A program made the translations under genes and the position numbers. Source: the human T2T-CHM13v2.0 reference genome, Homo sapiens. From it: DNA of 64,000 bases. Below are positions 48,333-63,962 of the stretch, in pieces. The stretch lies in the NCBI RefSeq assembly GCF_009914755.1, contig NC_060930.1; one strand, given 5' to 3'. The notes under the pieces were generated by a model. It was not told the origin of the DNA. It saw only the letters and a program-made list of their open reading frames with translations, and did no database searches. Position 1 is the stretch's first letter, and each line of letters opens with the position of its first letter.

Positions 48333-51300
48333 TGAGTATTCTAATTTTTTGTTGTTCTGTATAAATTTTAGAATCATCTTCCTTATATAATACAAAAATC
48401 TAGCTGGGATTTTATTGAAATTGCATTAAATATGAAGGTTAATTTGGGGAGAATTGACATGTTTACTATGCTGAGTTTTCCAATTGATAAGTACAGTATG
48501 TCTCTTCATTTATTTAGGTGATCTTTCATTGTTTTCATCATTCATCATCACCTCGTAGTTTTCAGCATATAGATCCTATATATAGAGAGAGAGTTAGATT
48601 TATAATCAAATATTTTATTTTTGTGCTATTTTAGGTGATATTTTTATTTTAATTTCAGTTGCCAATTATTCATTGCTAATATATAGAATTAAGATTGATT
48701 TATGTTTGTTGATCTTATAGTCTACAAACTTGCTAAACTCACATATTAGTTCTAGGGGACTTTTCATGAATTTTTTAGGATTTTATAGTGTACAATATCA
48801 TATTGTCTATGAATAGGAACTGCTTTGTTCCTTTTTTTTTAATCTGCATGCCTTTTACTTCCCTGACTAGAGCTTCCAGTACAATATTGAATAGGAGGAC
48901 GAGTGGATATCCTTGCCTTCTTCCCAATCTTTGTGGAAAACATTCAGTCTTTCACCAGTAAATATGAAGTTATCTGTAGGGTTTCCTTTTTGAGATGTTT
49001 CTTATCAGAATGTGGACATTTCCTGCTATTCTTGATTTGCTGAGAGTTTTTGTCATGAATGAATATTAAATGTTGTCAAATGATTGCAATGTACCAATTG
49101 GTATTATTGTGTGATTTTTCTTCTTCAGCTGTTAATATTATGGATTATGTCAATTGATTTTCAACTATTGAACCAGCCTTGCATTCCAGCAATAAAATTC
49201 TACTTTGTCATATATTATTTATATACATGATATAATATATAAATAATATACACACCAAGTAGAATTAATTTCTGTTGAGGATTTTAAAATCTATATTCAT
49301 AAGAGACATTCATGTGTAGTTTTATTTTCTCACACTGTTTTTGTCTGGTTTTAGTTATCAGAGAAATATCAGCCTCATAAAAGGAGTTGGAAAATTTTTC
49401 TTCTTATATTTTCTGGAAGAGATTGTGTATAACTGATGTTATTTTCTATTTACATTTTTGGTAGAATTTGGTAGAATTTGCCAGTGAAATTGTCTGGGTT
49501 TGGAGTTCATAGCATTCCCCTTTTTATCCTCTTAATGTCTGTAGGTTCTGTTGTGTTGTCCCCTCTTTTGTTCCAGATATTGATATTTGTGTCTTCTCTA
49601 TTTTTTTCTTTTGTCAGTGTTGCAAGAGCTTTGATCAATTAATCAATTCAAATGACTGATTTTTTTGTTTCACACATTTTTCTATATTGTTTTTCTGCTT
49701 CCAGTTGTATTTCTGCTCTTATATTAATTCATTAAGGTTTTACCTTTGGTTTTTCATTGTATTTTGTTTTGTTTTGTTTTGGTCCTTCTTTTTCTCAGCT
49801 GTTAGATTTGAAATGTATTGTTCTGACTTCTTTTTTCTTTTCCAATAGAAGCATTCAATGCTATATTTTTCCCTGTAAATACTGCATTAGCTGCAACCCA
49901 CAAGTTTTAATACATGTATTTTTGTTTTCATAAAGACTTCTAATATATTCTAATTTCTCTTGAGACTTTTTTTAATCCAAGGATTATTTAGAAGTGTTTT
50001 GTTTGATTTTTGAAGTGTTTGGAGATCTTCAGGTATCTCTTTGTACTGACATCTATTTTAACACCATTATGGTCAGAGAATGTACTGGATTTCAACTCTT
50101 TTCAATGTCTTAAGATTTGTTTTTGATTCAGGATATGGTCTATCTTGATTACTGTGAACTCAAATACAACATGTATTCTCTTATTCAGTAGAGTGCTCTA
50201 TAATGCCTATTTAGATCCAGTTGGTGGATGTTGCTATTCAGTTCTGTATTCTCCCACATTTTTAGTCTATTAGTTCTATCAATTATTAAGGTGTTGAAGT
50301 CTACAATTATAATTGTGAATTTGTGCATTTCTATTTTCAGTTCTGTTTTTATTTCATGTATTTTGAAACTGTAGATATGTAATGTACATACATATATAGG
50401 ATTGTTAAGTCTGCTTGGTTAATTGAACTTTTTACTATTACAAAATATTCTTTTTTATCCCTGGAAGCTTTCTTTGAAGTCTACTTTGTCTAAGATTAAT
50501 ATAGCCACTCAAACTCTCTTTTAATTGGTGTTTCCTTTGAATAGTTTTCTAATTTTTTTTTACTTTTAACCTATCTATATCATAATATTTGAAGGGAGTT
50601 TCTTGTAGACAACATACAGTTGGGTCTTTTTTTAACTTTTTAAAATAATCTCTGTCTTTCAATTAATTTGTTTAGATCATTAACATTTAATGTAGTCTAA
50701 ACATTGATATGTTTGCATTTAGATCTATGAGTTTACTGTTTGTTTTCCATTTGTTTCCTGTGTTTTTGATCATTTTGCTTCCCGTCCCCTGACTTCTTGG
50801 GGGTTATCTGACCTTTTCTTACAATTCCATTTACCTATTGTGTTTTTACCATATCTTTTTGACTAGTGTTATTAGTGGTTGTTCTACAGATTACAGTGTA
50901 CATACTTAACTTTTCACATTCTATTTAGGATCAACATTTTGCCACTTCAAGTGGAGCATACAAGTCTTGTCACCATATGGACTCCTTTACCCTCTGCTTT
51001 TATGTTGTATTACACCTATATACATTGAAACCTCTATGAGACAATGTTATAATTTTTGCTTTTATAAAATATAATTTAAAGAACTCCAGAGGAGAAATGT
51101 CTATCATATTTACTCATATATTTACCATTTCTGATGCTCTTCCTTAACTACCAAGGTTCTGATTTTTTTCTGGTACCATTTCCTTTCTGTCTAAAGTACT
51201 TCCTTTAACAATTCCTTTAAAGCAGATCTGGTGGCAAATATTCTCTTTGTTTCTTTCACCTGAAAATGCTTTATTTTACTTTTATTTTGAATAATATTTT

Positions 51301-51609
51301 CATCAAATGTAGAGTTCTGTATTGACAGTTGTTTTCTTTTGGCACTTGAAAAAATATGCTACTTCCTTCTGCTCTGCATAGTTTCTTATGAGAAATTCAC
51401 TGTTATTATAATTGTTTTTCTACTATAGGTAAGGTGTCATTTCTCCCTGGTTGCCTTCAGTATTTTTTTCTTTGTCTTTAGTTTTCAGAAATTTAATTAT
51501 AATGTGTCTCGGCATGGATTTTTAGGTTATCCTGTTTGAGGTTCACTTATCTTCTTGAATGTGCATATTACATCTTTTGTCAATTTGGGAAGTTTTCAGC
51601 TATTATTTA

Positions 51610-52207
51610 TGTGGTAGACAGAATTTTATTGTGGCTCCCTAGATTCCCACTCCCTGGTATACACACATCTTCTTTTAGTTATTCAATCAAACATTCATCT
51701 AAGTGCTGCTATGAAGGGATTCTGAAGTGTAATTGAAGCCCAAATCAATTGACTTTAGGAAACGGAGGTTATCCTGGATGAGCCTGACATAATCAAGTGA
51801 ACCCTTAGAAAGGAATTTGGCTCTTCCTGGAAATACTGGAAGCATGAATGTTATTCAACATAAGGGAGAGTCTCCCTTGATGACTTTGAAGATAAAGGGA
51901 GGAGGGTGAGGAATGCAGGCATTCTCTGGCAACTGAGAGCAGAGCCCAGCTCAGAGCCAGCAAGGAAATGGGACCTCAGTTCTACAGATGCAAGAACTGA
52001 ATTACTTCACCACCATGTGAGCTTGGAGTTTCCAAGACCCTGAGTTTCCAATAAACATAGCCCTGATCTTGATTTCAGCTACATGAGACCCTGAGCAGAG
52101 AATCCAGCTAAGCCATATCCAGATTTCTGACCCACAGAAAACAAAATAATAAATGGGTGTTGTTTTAAGCCACTAAGCTGTGGTAATTTGTTTTGCAGCA
52201 TTAAAAA
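51610..52207 (+). mobile_element. MLT1E-like LTR
   Basis: Starts 'tgtggtagacagaatt', contains 'gagaccctgagcagagaatccagc', ends 'tgttgttttaagccactaag.tgtggtaatttgtt..gcagca'. Confidence 0.88.
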
Positions 52208-52216
52208 TATTTCTCT

Positions 52217-53400
<1,184 letters not shown>

Positions 53401-53839
53401 TCATCAGAGCCAAACCCAGATGCAGCTTTGAAAATTGAATTTTGGTGGTGGAATTAAATTATTTTCTCATTGACTTGCATTGAAACTGCCTTTATTTTAG
53501 TTCTGGTTGGCCAATAAATTGTAAGGGTCCAAAGCTTTTAGATTTGGTCTCCCTGCCTCTCAGGCTCCTGGTGAAGTGGTAAACAGGCATCTCATGTTGG
53601 GAGAACAAGTGCTAAATGATAACAAATGATGCATATTTTTGCAAAGCAAAACTCCTTTTACTGTGAATAATCATGATCAGGTCTGTTTTACACATTTAGA
53701 TATTTAAATAGGTCTGAGATAAATAAACTTCCTTTAGAATATAAAATCTTTCTGTCTGAGATAAACTCAATTTCATATAAATTGTTTAGTTTGCTCATGA
53801 ATATCCTATTGGATAAGGGATTATCCCAATAGTCTATAA

Positions 53840-54031
53840 CAAAGGTCAGCAAACTATACTGTGTGGGCCAAACGCAGCTGGCAGCTTGTTTTTATAAGTA
53901 AAACATTATTGGAACAAACATTCTTCTATTATCTGTTTCTGCTTTCAGCTACATCAGCAGTTGAAGAGTCACGGCAGAGCCTGGAATACTTCCTGTCTGG
54001 CCCTTCACAGGTAAAAATTTGCCAACTTCTG
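53840..54031. mobile_element. MER58(B)-like hAT-Charlie MITE
   Basis: Terminal inverted repeats 'caaaggtcagcaaact' / 'aatttgccaacttctg'. Flanks gtctataa / atctatgg resemble an 8 bp hAT TSD. Confidence 0.8.
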
Positions 54032-55010
54032 ATCTATGGAATGTAAAAAAGGTAAACAAAATTCTCCTGCCCAGCAGGCATGTAACTACCTGACAGCCAG
54101 GCTCCACCTCCCCACCCACGCCCACGTCACCCATTCCCGGTCAACCTCGGCCCTCTTTCCTGCTGAGCACAGCCCCTCAGAACCCTTCTCAACACAGCAC
54201 TGCAGGAAGCTCTGACCAAGTTATCTAAAATTAACATGATCAAAACTGTTTGTCCTGCCTACTCTAGGCTATGGTTGGAAGAAGAAATTTAAGTGACAAA
54301 AAGAAAAATCTAAAGTGATTTTGTTACCTAAAGGCAGCAGCAGATTGGTGTTTCAGAGGCCCTGAAACGTGTATAGCTCAGAAGTCTCTTCGTGAGAGAA
54401 CAATTCCAAATTATGAATGTAAAATTACTACAGCCTGAGAAAAGACCTGTGCAAATAAGAAATGAGGAGGTTGAAACTGCCTTGGTTTCCTGGTAAATCT
54501 GCCTTGCAGAGGCTTTGAACTTTTCACAGGCCTGGCCCCACCCCAGAGCTGCTGAATGTGCCTCGGAGGTGGGGTATCCAGGCTTACGAGTTGCTGCAGG
54601 CATTTCTCAGTTGGTCCAAATGCACATCTGGGATCACAGCCTCTGATCTGAAGCAGAGGGGAGCAACGCGGCCTGGCTGGCTGTGGGACATGGCACCAGA
54701 TGCCATTTCAATGAAAGCTTCACAATAACATGAGCAAGGGTCGGTGAGTGCTGGAATCAGCTTCTCCAGCTGCTGTGCTCCAACTGGCCAGGGACCTACA
54801 GAGAAGACGCTCAGGGCCAGCATCGTAGCCCTCGTGGAGGCACAGCTGAGGTTCTCCGCAGTCAAGGCTTCTTGGAGCCAGGAGTCTGTAGAGCCCTGGG
54901 GGCCTGGAAGCCCCTCCATCTGGGAAAGTGGAGGCAAAAGTACCTGGCCCTGCTCCTCCTCGTCCAGCTGGGAGAAGAGCGAGGACCCCACAGTCACCAC
55001 AAGGAGAGCC

Positions 55011-55250
55011 CAGGGCTCAGGAGAGCATCTGAACACACGACAGGGCTCGAGGGAGCATCTGAATGCACGACAGGGCTCGGGAGAGCATCTGAACGCACGA
55101 CAGGGCTCGGCGGAGCATCTGAACGCACGACAGGGCTCGGCGGAGCATCTGAACGCACGACAGGGCTCGGCGGAGCATCTGAACGCAGGACAGGGCTCGG
55201 CGGAGCATCTGAACGCACGACAGGGCTCGGGGGAGCATCTGAACACACAA
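55011..55250. repeat. VNTR, 30 bp unit CAGGGCTCGGCGGAGCATCTGAACGCACGA x8
   Basis: Exact 30 bp periodicity. Confidence 0.97.
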
Positions 55251-55304
55251 AGGCCTGCCTGCTGAGGGATCAGCAGTGGTCCCAGGTCTGCCTCCTGCCC
55301 ACCT

Positions 55305-55450
55305 TCTGACCCCAAGTGAGTTCATTTACGGCCCTGAGCCTTAGTTTCCCCAGACTTAAATTGGGAATGGTGAAAATACTTACCTGCTAGGTTTGTTCCG
55401 AGGGTGAGGAGAAATCGTGCATGGGACACCCTCTGAGAGCCTGGCATCGC
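55305..55450 (+). mobile_element. MIR SINE
   Basis: 'ccctgagccttagtttcccc...aaattgggaatggtga.aatacttacct'. Confidence 0.7.
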
Positions 55451-55672
55451 CACTCCAGTGCAAATGAAGAAAGATCAGAAAAATGACTCTCGGATGCTTG
55501 TTCTCAAAGATTCCCCAGAATTTTTACAATCTTGAGGTAAAGAAGGCCTTCCTTAGCAAAATACCAATTTAAAAAGTACAAATAAAAAGACTGACAGATC
55601 TGTAGAAAATGACCTGTTAAAGGTCAGAAGATAAGGAACAAAAGTAGGAAAATCATCCCTATTTGCAACTTC

Positions 55673-55815
55673 CGTGGTAGCCAGCCTCACAGACAGCCTC
55701 ACAGTCCCTGATCCTTGGAGCTCGCGTCCCTTCCACACTAAGTAAGCCTCGCTGGTGTAACTGGAAGGACGTTGCAGAAATAACGAAGAGTGACTCCCAA
55801 GACTAGGTCAGTGAG
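55673..55815 (+). mobile_element. MLT1F-like LTR 5' fragment
   Basis: 'gtggtagccagcctc' ... 'gcagaaataac...gtgactcccaagactaggtca'. Confidence 0.55.
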
Positions 55816-55983
55816 ACAACATGCAACATGACAAAAATAGAAACAGCTCATGCAAATTGACAAGAAAGAGGCAGTGTGACAAAAAGTAAGCCAAAGGTAT
55901 AAATGTCACTGGAAAAGACAACCAAAAGCTATATATAACTGCATGAAAATATGCTACACCCTCACTAGTAATGAAAGGAACGC

Positions 55984-56650
<667 letters not shown>

Positions 56651-56654
56651 ATGA

Positions 56655-57265
56655 GTAACTTTCATCCTATCATATTAACAAAGTTGGAAATGATCAATAT
56701 TTTCCAGCATTGAGGTGCTAACAGAGAAACTGGAACCGTCTGCTAACGAGAGTCTAAGCTGGTGCGTCCGATGTGAAGAACCTTTAACAATAACCATCAA
56801 GGTATTCAGTGCTCATTGCTCTTGACCTAGCAGGTCCACTTCCAGAAATTTTTGCTGTGGAAGGATATGCATAACTTGAGCATAGATGCATGAGAATAAT
56901 ATTATGCAATATTAATCATAATTGTGAAAATACAGAAAACCTAGGCAACCACGTGCACTAAGAAATGCAGTACACGCACCCTTAAGAAAGAACCAGGCAA
57001 ACCTGTGTGTTACAGTATCCAAAGCTGGACATGACAAGTTATGAGAAAAGCAGATTTTATAATAAAATGTTTACTCTAAACCATTTCTGTAAAATAAATA
57101 ATGTGTGTTGTTATGCATAGGAAAAGTCTGCAAGGCTGCACACCAAACCACGTATAAGAATTGTTTTGGGGGATGTGACTATGGTATTTTTGTTTAATTT
57201 TCTTTATTTTAGAGTAGCTTAAATATTTTACAGTAAGCATTTATTACTTCCACAGTCAGAAAAAC
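56655..57265 (+). mobile_element. Diverged L1ME-like 3' fragment (continues from about 55820-55983)
   Basis: 'ttgacctagcaggtccacttccagaaattt', 'tgcataggaaaagtctgcaaggctgcacaccaaac'. Confidence 0.6.
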
Positions 57266-57490
57266 ACAAAAACAAAAATATTATAGAGTAAAATGTATAA
57301 ATGATGTAACTTGCAGTAAATACGTAGTTTGTCATTTATAGTAAATATTTAGCTTGTATTTTACATGTGTGTTGAAAATCTGGAAAGAAATGCAGTATTT
57401 AGGACAGCTTTTCCCCCTATGGTGAGATTTCAGAGAGAGATTTGAATTCTTTTGCAAAGGCATTGTATTAATAAAACATACATCTTTTGG

Positions 57491-57703
57491 GGCCAGGTGT
57501 GGTGACACACTTGTAATCCCAACACTTTGGGAGGCCACAGCGGGAGGTGCGCTTGAGCCCAGGAGCTCGAGACGAGCCTGGGGAACATAGTGGGACTCCA
57601 TCTCTACAAAAACATTTAAAAAATGAGCCAGTCATAGTAGTCTGCACCGGTGGTCCGGCTACTCAGGAGACTGAGGTGGGAGGATCACCTGAGTCCAGGA
57701 GTG
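57491..57703 (+). mobile_element. AluJ, 3'-truncated
   Basis: J-type 'gcttgagcccaggag', 'gaggtgggaggatcacctgag'. Similarity ends mid right arm. Confidence 0.88.
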
Positions 57704-58734
57704 CAGGTGGAGGATGCTGTAGGTGGTCCTCACAGCCTGACTGTGGCTTTGCCTGGGTGTGCATTCCCCACAGTGGGCGGTTGTGCATGGCTGAACTAAC
57801 GCAGTCCTCAGAAAACGTGAAAATGCGCACTGTTCAGATGAGAAGGAACAGGCTGCAATCGGGAGTTCTCCTCTTTGCCTCCCTGGTCCAGGGGAGCCCT
57901 GCCGTGGGCAGGCAGAAGCCAACCAAGGCTTGGAGGGTAGAAGAGCAGCCTCAGGCTGCAAGGAGGGTCCCAGGAAGCAGGCGGGTTGGGGGGCATGCCC
58001 TGGCCCCCGAACGCCCCACGTGCAGGGGCCTCAGCCCCGTGAGCGCTGCTCCCTCTGTGACCTGGTGACAGCGGGCCCTGCCCCGCAGGTCTCAGGCGTC
58101 TACACGATGCTTGCAGCCTCGCCTCCTCCGGGATGCTCGAGACCTTGATACTAGGCCGTCGTGAATGCCTTCCCAAGTTCAGTCTTAGCTGCAGTGGGGC
58201 ACAAGTGCCATCCCTGAGCTGAACATGGCAGAGCCAGGCTTCTCCAGGACCCTCATCTCAGGCACAGGCTTGGGGCCCACACGATGGCCGACACCCCGGC
58301 CGCAGCAGACGCCGCATGGCAGAGCCGAAGCAGCAGCAGCCGGGGCCCTTCACACCTGCGCCCCTGCCCATCGCACTGGCTCAGTGGCTCGTTCTGTGGC
58401 AGGTGCTCCTTGCAGGGTGCTGGGAATTTCCCCAATTCTCCTTGGGAGAATGGATTCTCACCCTGGGAGTCGCTTCACATTTGGGGGCGGGGGCAGCAAA
58501 ACACAGTAAAATGCACAGAAAAGTCACCCTCCCAGAACCATTCACATCCTGCTCTGCAGAGGGGTGAGGAGGAAGGGCCGGGCGGACCTCGGGTCTGGGC
58601 ACGGGATGCCGTCCTTGTCCACCCCAGGGCCACCTGGGCTCAGAGCCCCGCACCCTTCTTGCACTCCTGGCTGCCAGCCCTGCTGGAGCAGCCCCTCCAT
58701 CCCACCTGTCAAGTGTGGACAGAATCACCTGGGG

Positions 58735-58900
58735 CTCAGGGTCAGAAGACCTGGCAATGCCCTGTCCCAGGCCCTGCAACTCCAGACAAGTCCCCCAACC
58801 CCTCCGGTTTCCATTTTCTTCTCAGTAAAATGGCAACACAGTTGCAATGCCTCCCCTAGTCCCACCAGATAATCCCACCCTGTGAGGCAGCATCAGTGAA
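58735..58900 (+). mobile_element. MIR SINE
   Basis: 'gtcagaagacctgg...gacaagtc...cattttcttctcagtaaaatgg'. Confidence 0.6.
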
Positions 58901-60929
58901 ATGGCCACGAGCACAGCCACGCTCTGTGCACACCGTGCAAGGACCTGGGAGGTCAGGGTGGCTCTGCCTGTATTGCTTCTCGTGGCCAGAACTCCACCTG
59001 CCTCCTTGTTCCCACACCCGCCCGCAGGGCCTGGAAGCATCTCTGAATGTTGCGTTCTATTCATAGCTGCTGTGAGCAGCCCAGCTGTGCAGGGTGTGGG
59101 AGCCCAGTGTGCTCTAAGCCAGTCCCCAGCATAGAGCCGGCCAGCCTGGCGCAGAGCCAGCTGCTCTGGTATGGGGTGTGGGCAGCCTGCCGAGAGCTGT
59201 AGGGCGGCTCGAGCAGCTCCTGGTGACTGAAGTCACCCCCTCCACTAGACTTTGCCCCCCGACTGCCCCCAGCCCACCCTTTGAAGTGTCATTGTCGCTC
59301 CTGGAAGGCAACTTGGGGTCCAGGGTCCCAGGCCTCCAGCCCAGGCTCAGGGGCAAACCCTGCGCCAGTGTTCACGCACCCACACTGCTCAGTCCAGTAT
59401 GTTGCCCTTGGCGTGGGCCGGGTAGGTGACACATGCTTGGTGACAGTCCGGCCCTCTAGAAGTCAGAAGGGCATCCCCGGACACTGGGTCGATGGCCCCA
59501 GTCTGCGAGGACACACACCTGCTGCAGGAAACAAATGTAATGCACTCCAAGAGCTGATTGAGCAGGAACCACCCTCCACAGGCGCCGCCCAACGTGTCCT
59601 CCCTGAATGCTCCCACGACCCTGTGTGGGGTACTCCAGGCCCCCGGCTGCAGGGAGGGAAGCAGAGCAGGAGGATCCTGAGTCAGAGAGAAGCCGTGTGC
59701 ATCCAAACTAAAACCGGAGCTCCTGACCCGGAGACACTGGTTAGCAATGGCTAGAGCGTTTTTCTGATAAAGGTGCTCACTCGGCTCTTGAGCCACGCTG
59801 TGCCACTCCACCTGAGTCCGGGCACACTGGGGAGCCCAGACCAGGGAGAGCGAGGCCAGGCTGGGCTCCCGAGACCCTTGGGTGGGCAGGGTGGCCACAC
59901 AGCCTGTCTGCTGTGGCCAGACACCTGCACCTCCCCCTCAACACACAGGGTTCCACACCCCTACCCTGGGCCTCCACTTGCCTGCCAGACTCATGGCCAT
60001 TGCACAGGCCCCAAACAGACGTGCAGGCCCTCTCCCCAGCACTGTGCCCCGGGATCTGTGGCAGCCCTCCTCATCCCCAGGCCACATCTGAGAAGTGTCA
60101 CCAAAAACCTGATCTCCAGTCCTCTGCCCAGAGCCCCGAGCTCCTCCACGGTGACCCTGATGCTCCAGGCCTTGGCACCCCCGGCCCCTGCTGCTGCTCA
60201 CCTGCTCGTACCAGCTGGCATCTGGAGACAGCCGCCTGTCCAGCCCCAGCTGAGACTTCCTCCAGGAGGTCAAGGGCATCTCGTCTGACCCTCCCCTTCC
60301 CCTGAGGTCTGGCTGGAGTGTCCTTGGCCTCCAATGTGTGGTCGTGGGAGGCAGAACCCACTGCCTCACCCCAAACACACTGAGGGTTTAAGTGCCTGGT
60401 CGTCTCCTCGGGAATAAAGTGCTCAGGACTGAGGGAACATCTCCAGCTCATTTCCTCACCAAAGCCCTATTTTCTCAGCTGCTCACCCCTATCAGACGGC
60501 TCTCCTGCCTCCTCCATCTCCCCACCCGGGCCACGGTCCCAGAGGCTGGGGCTGTGTCCACTGTGCTCCCGTCTGGGCCTTGGGGCTCACAACTGCTGCG
60601 TGTGCAGCCGGCACTCACTGTCATGGCTGAATGAAGAACTGGGGGCCAAAACAGGAGCCCGTCCACAAGGGCAGCCCCAGAAACTGAGCCCAAGGCCATG
60701 GGGTGATGAGGCCTGGGAGAGCAGCAGGCACCCACAGTCCATCCTCCAGCCACAAGGGAAGGGGAGCCGCCAGGGGGCTGGCCCAGCAGCCTCGGAGGGA
60801 CCACAGGGGCTCGGAGCTGGGCGTGTCTTTCAGTGAATCCACACAAGAGCAGACTGAGCTAACACAGCTACCCTACCTGTGACACCACCACAGAAAGGCT
60901 ATATATTTCTTAACCCTTTGTTACTATTG

Positions 60930-61052
60930 TTTATAGGGAAAAGGTCTCACTGTGTTCTCCAGGCTGATTTCAAACTCCAGGCCTCAAGTGATGCTGCCAC
61001 CTCAGCCTCCCAAAGTGCTGAGATTACAGGAGTGAGCCACAGCACCTGGTCT
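60930..61052 (-). mobile_element. Alu left monomer (FLAM/AluJ fragment)
   Basis: 'ggtctcactgtgtt...caaactcc.ggcctcaagtgat...cctcagcctcccaaagtgctgagattacagg'. Confidence 0.88.
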
Positions 61053-61402
61053 GGATAAATTCTATGCTCAAATTGTTTAACGTTGTGAATGCACAGCCGG
61101 GTTAGAGCGAGGGGCCAAGTGCCCAGGTACCAAGCCTGCGATGCTACAGGACTTAATCAGCACGGAGGGAGGCCCGTCCCAATCCCCCCAGCTGAGGCTG
61201 GGGTCTCAGAGCCTACTCCACACAAAGGGTGTGGCTTGGGGTTGAAAGAGGACTTGGATGAAAACTCACCTTTGCATGGACAACCCTGTCCTTGCAAAAG
61301 GGAGGAGGGAACCCACGGGCCCAGAAGCCACTGAGAAGCTGCTGGAAGCCTGATTGCGCTGGAGCCCAGCCCCCGAGGCCACACCAGGAGGAGGAAGGCC
61401 GC

Positions 61403-61607
61403 AACACAGAGGAAAGGGGGAGCCATGCCCTGTCCAAGGCTGGGTACATAGAGGAAAGGGCGAGCCACGCCCCGCCAAAGGCTGGTACATAATGGAAAGG
61501 GGGAACCACACCCCACCCAACACTAGGTACAAAGAGGAAAGGGGGAGCCAAGCCCCACCCAAGGCTGGGTACAAAGAGGAAAGGGGGAGCCACGCCCCAC
61601 CCAAGGC
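61403..61607. repeat. Tandem repeat, about 42 bp unit, about 5 copies
   Basis: 'gaggaaaggg' at 61409, 61451, 61534 and 61576, with a variant copy near 61493. Confidence 0.9.
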
Positions 61608-62046
61608 TCAAGACACTGTTAACTTGGGTCTTGCTCCTGGAGGAATCAGTGCCGAGCCAGGTCTTCCACAGCTGATCCCACTGAGCCTGGCTCAGCACCA
61701 CCCAAGCACAGGAGGGGAGTGGCTGCCCCAGACATGGGGGGCTCTGTAGGCAACAGGGCTGGCTGCAGGCCACAGAACACCCTCACTTCTGCTAGACACA
61801 GGCGCCTTCAGGCTTTGCTGCACCCCCGACACCCCGCATGTGCCAACAAGGAGGCCCCACGTTGCCGGCTCCAGAGGCACGAGGTGAAGAAAGGCGGTGT
61901 GTGGCCCACAGGAGACCCTTTCCTCTCTGGGTATATCTATCTGCATGCTTGAGCCATCAACTCACCTCCAGTCTCAGGTGCCAGGCCGGCACCCCGACAC
62001 ACACAAGGTCAAGGTGGGTAGAGCAGACAAGCCTGCGTTTCTCAGT

Positions 62047-62876
62047 TTCTCATTAGCCTATTCAGGCAGGTGCCTCAGTGGGTAGAGGAGACCCAGCTCG
62101 TGCTTCTCATCAGCCTATTTGGGCAGGTGCCTCAGTGGGTAGAGTAGACCCAGCCCCACTTCTCATCTGCCTATTCGGGGAGGTACCTCATTGGGTAGAG
62201 GGGACCCAGCCCTCACTTCTCATCTACCTAGACAGGCAGGTGCTTCAGTGGGTAGAGGAAACACAGCCCCCACTTCTCATCTACCTAGACAGGCAGGTGC
62301 CTCAGTGGGTAGAGGAGACCCAGCCCCCACTTCTCATCTACCTAGATGGGCAGATGCTTCAGCAGGTAGAGGAGACACAGCCCCCACTTCTCATCTACCT
62401 AGGCAGGCAGGTGCCTCAGTGGGTAGAGGAGACCCAGCCCCCAATTCTCACCTGCCTATTTGGGGAGGTACCTCATTGGGTAGAGGGGACCCAGCCCCCC
62501 ACTTCTCATCTGCCTAGATGGGCAGGTGCCTCAGTGGGTAGAGGAGACCCAGCCCCCACTTCTCATCTGCCTATTTGGGTAGGTACCTCATTTGGTAGAG
62601 GAGACCCAGCCCCCCACTTCTCATCTGCCTAGATGGGCAGGTGCCTCAGTGGGTAGAGGAGACCCAGCCCCCACTTCTCATCTGCCTAGATGGGCAGGTG
62701 CCTCAGTGGGTAGGGGAGACCCAGCCCCCACTTCTCATCTGCCTATTTGGGGAAGTACCTCATTGGGTAGAGGAGACCCAGCCCCCACTTCTCATCTACC
62801 TAGACAGGCAGGTGCCTCACTGGGTAGAGGAGACCCAGCCCCCACTTCTCATCTACCTAGATGGCAGATGCCTCAG
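62047..62876. repeat. VNTR, 57 bp unit, about 14.5 copies
   Basis: Consensus GGGCAGGTGCCTCAGTGGGTAGAGGAGACCCAGCCCCCACTTCTCATCTGCCTAGAT. Confidence 0.97.
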
Positions 62877-63819
62877 GTTTCACTTCCGCCGAGCCAAGAC
62901 CCTCTAATCCACAGCTCACCTCCAGAGTGGCATAAAAGCTTCCCCAATTAGTGAAGACAGTGAGAGCCGAAATAGGAATCAATATTCCAGGCAAACCCTG
63001 ATTTCACACACACAGAATGAGAATATGCTGGAGCTTGCCTCTCAGGCAACTGGAGTTAGCTCTGGGCAGACCACCTGCAGAGCCGCGCGACTGGACAAAG
63101 CCATCGCTAAACCCTGCCCTTAATGCCAATATTTGTGGAGTGATCATTAATGGTTCTGCATTACCTGGTATCCCAGCCTCAGTGCAACCTAATACACTGC
63201 AGCTGCGCAGAGCAGGCAAAGGCGCCGGCAGCCCATTGTCTAAGAAAAATAGTTGGAATGCATTCGAGATAAGCAGAAGCCGTGCAGGCACTAGCGCCGG
63301 GGGAATGAATTAGGTAATGGGAGCCCCATCACATGCAGGGGATCAGGGTGCCTGGAGCAGAGCCAGGAGACCGCACGCAGATCACCAGTGTGTGTCTGCG
63401 GGCTGCGGAGGCCATGGCCAGGGTCAGAAGTTACACGGAGAGGAGCGCATGAGCCTGCTTATGCCGCCAGGAAGCCGAAGGACTTGGCCACAACAGGAGC
63501 AGCTAACATTTGTCCCATGTTGGTGAGCTGGGCCCTGGCCAGATTGTCCTGCATTCCGTGAGCCGGGCCCTTGCCAGAGTTTGCCTCCATTTTTTATTTC
63601 ACTGCTGAGAAAACACAGGGGCCAGGTACTTCATCAAGCCCATTAAGAAGATACAGACTTGAGTCAGAGGAGGAGTCAAGGGCTGAGGCCGCAAAGCTGT
63701 GGCCAGGACTTGAATCCAGGCCGGTGGGGTGTAGCCGGCAGGTTCAATCACGTGCTCGTCCCGGCCTGTCTCACGTGGGCCCGGAAGGCCGGGGTGAGAA
63801 CAAGATGTCTGGGGCTTTG

Positions 63820-63962
63820 AGGGGTGGGAGGAATCCGCGGGGTGGGGCTTTTGCCCTGCCCAGGGCTGCTGTGTGACGTGGGACACCCCAGGGGCGGGAG
63901 AAATCCATGGGGTGGGGCTTTTGCCCTGCCCAGGGCTGCTGTGTGACATGGGACACCCCAGG
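63820..63962. repeat. Tandem duplication, 70 bp x2
   Basis: 'ggtggggcttttgccctgcccagggctgctgtgtgac.tgggacaccccagg' at 63841 and 63911. Confidence 0.92.

Noticed and set aside
55011-55250. CRISPR-like regular 30 bp repeats (also the 57 and 75 bp arrays)
   Set aside because: Head-to-tail units with no unique spacers and no cas genes, in a primate context.
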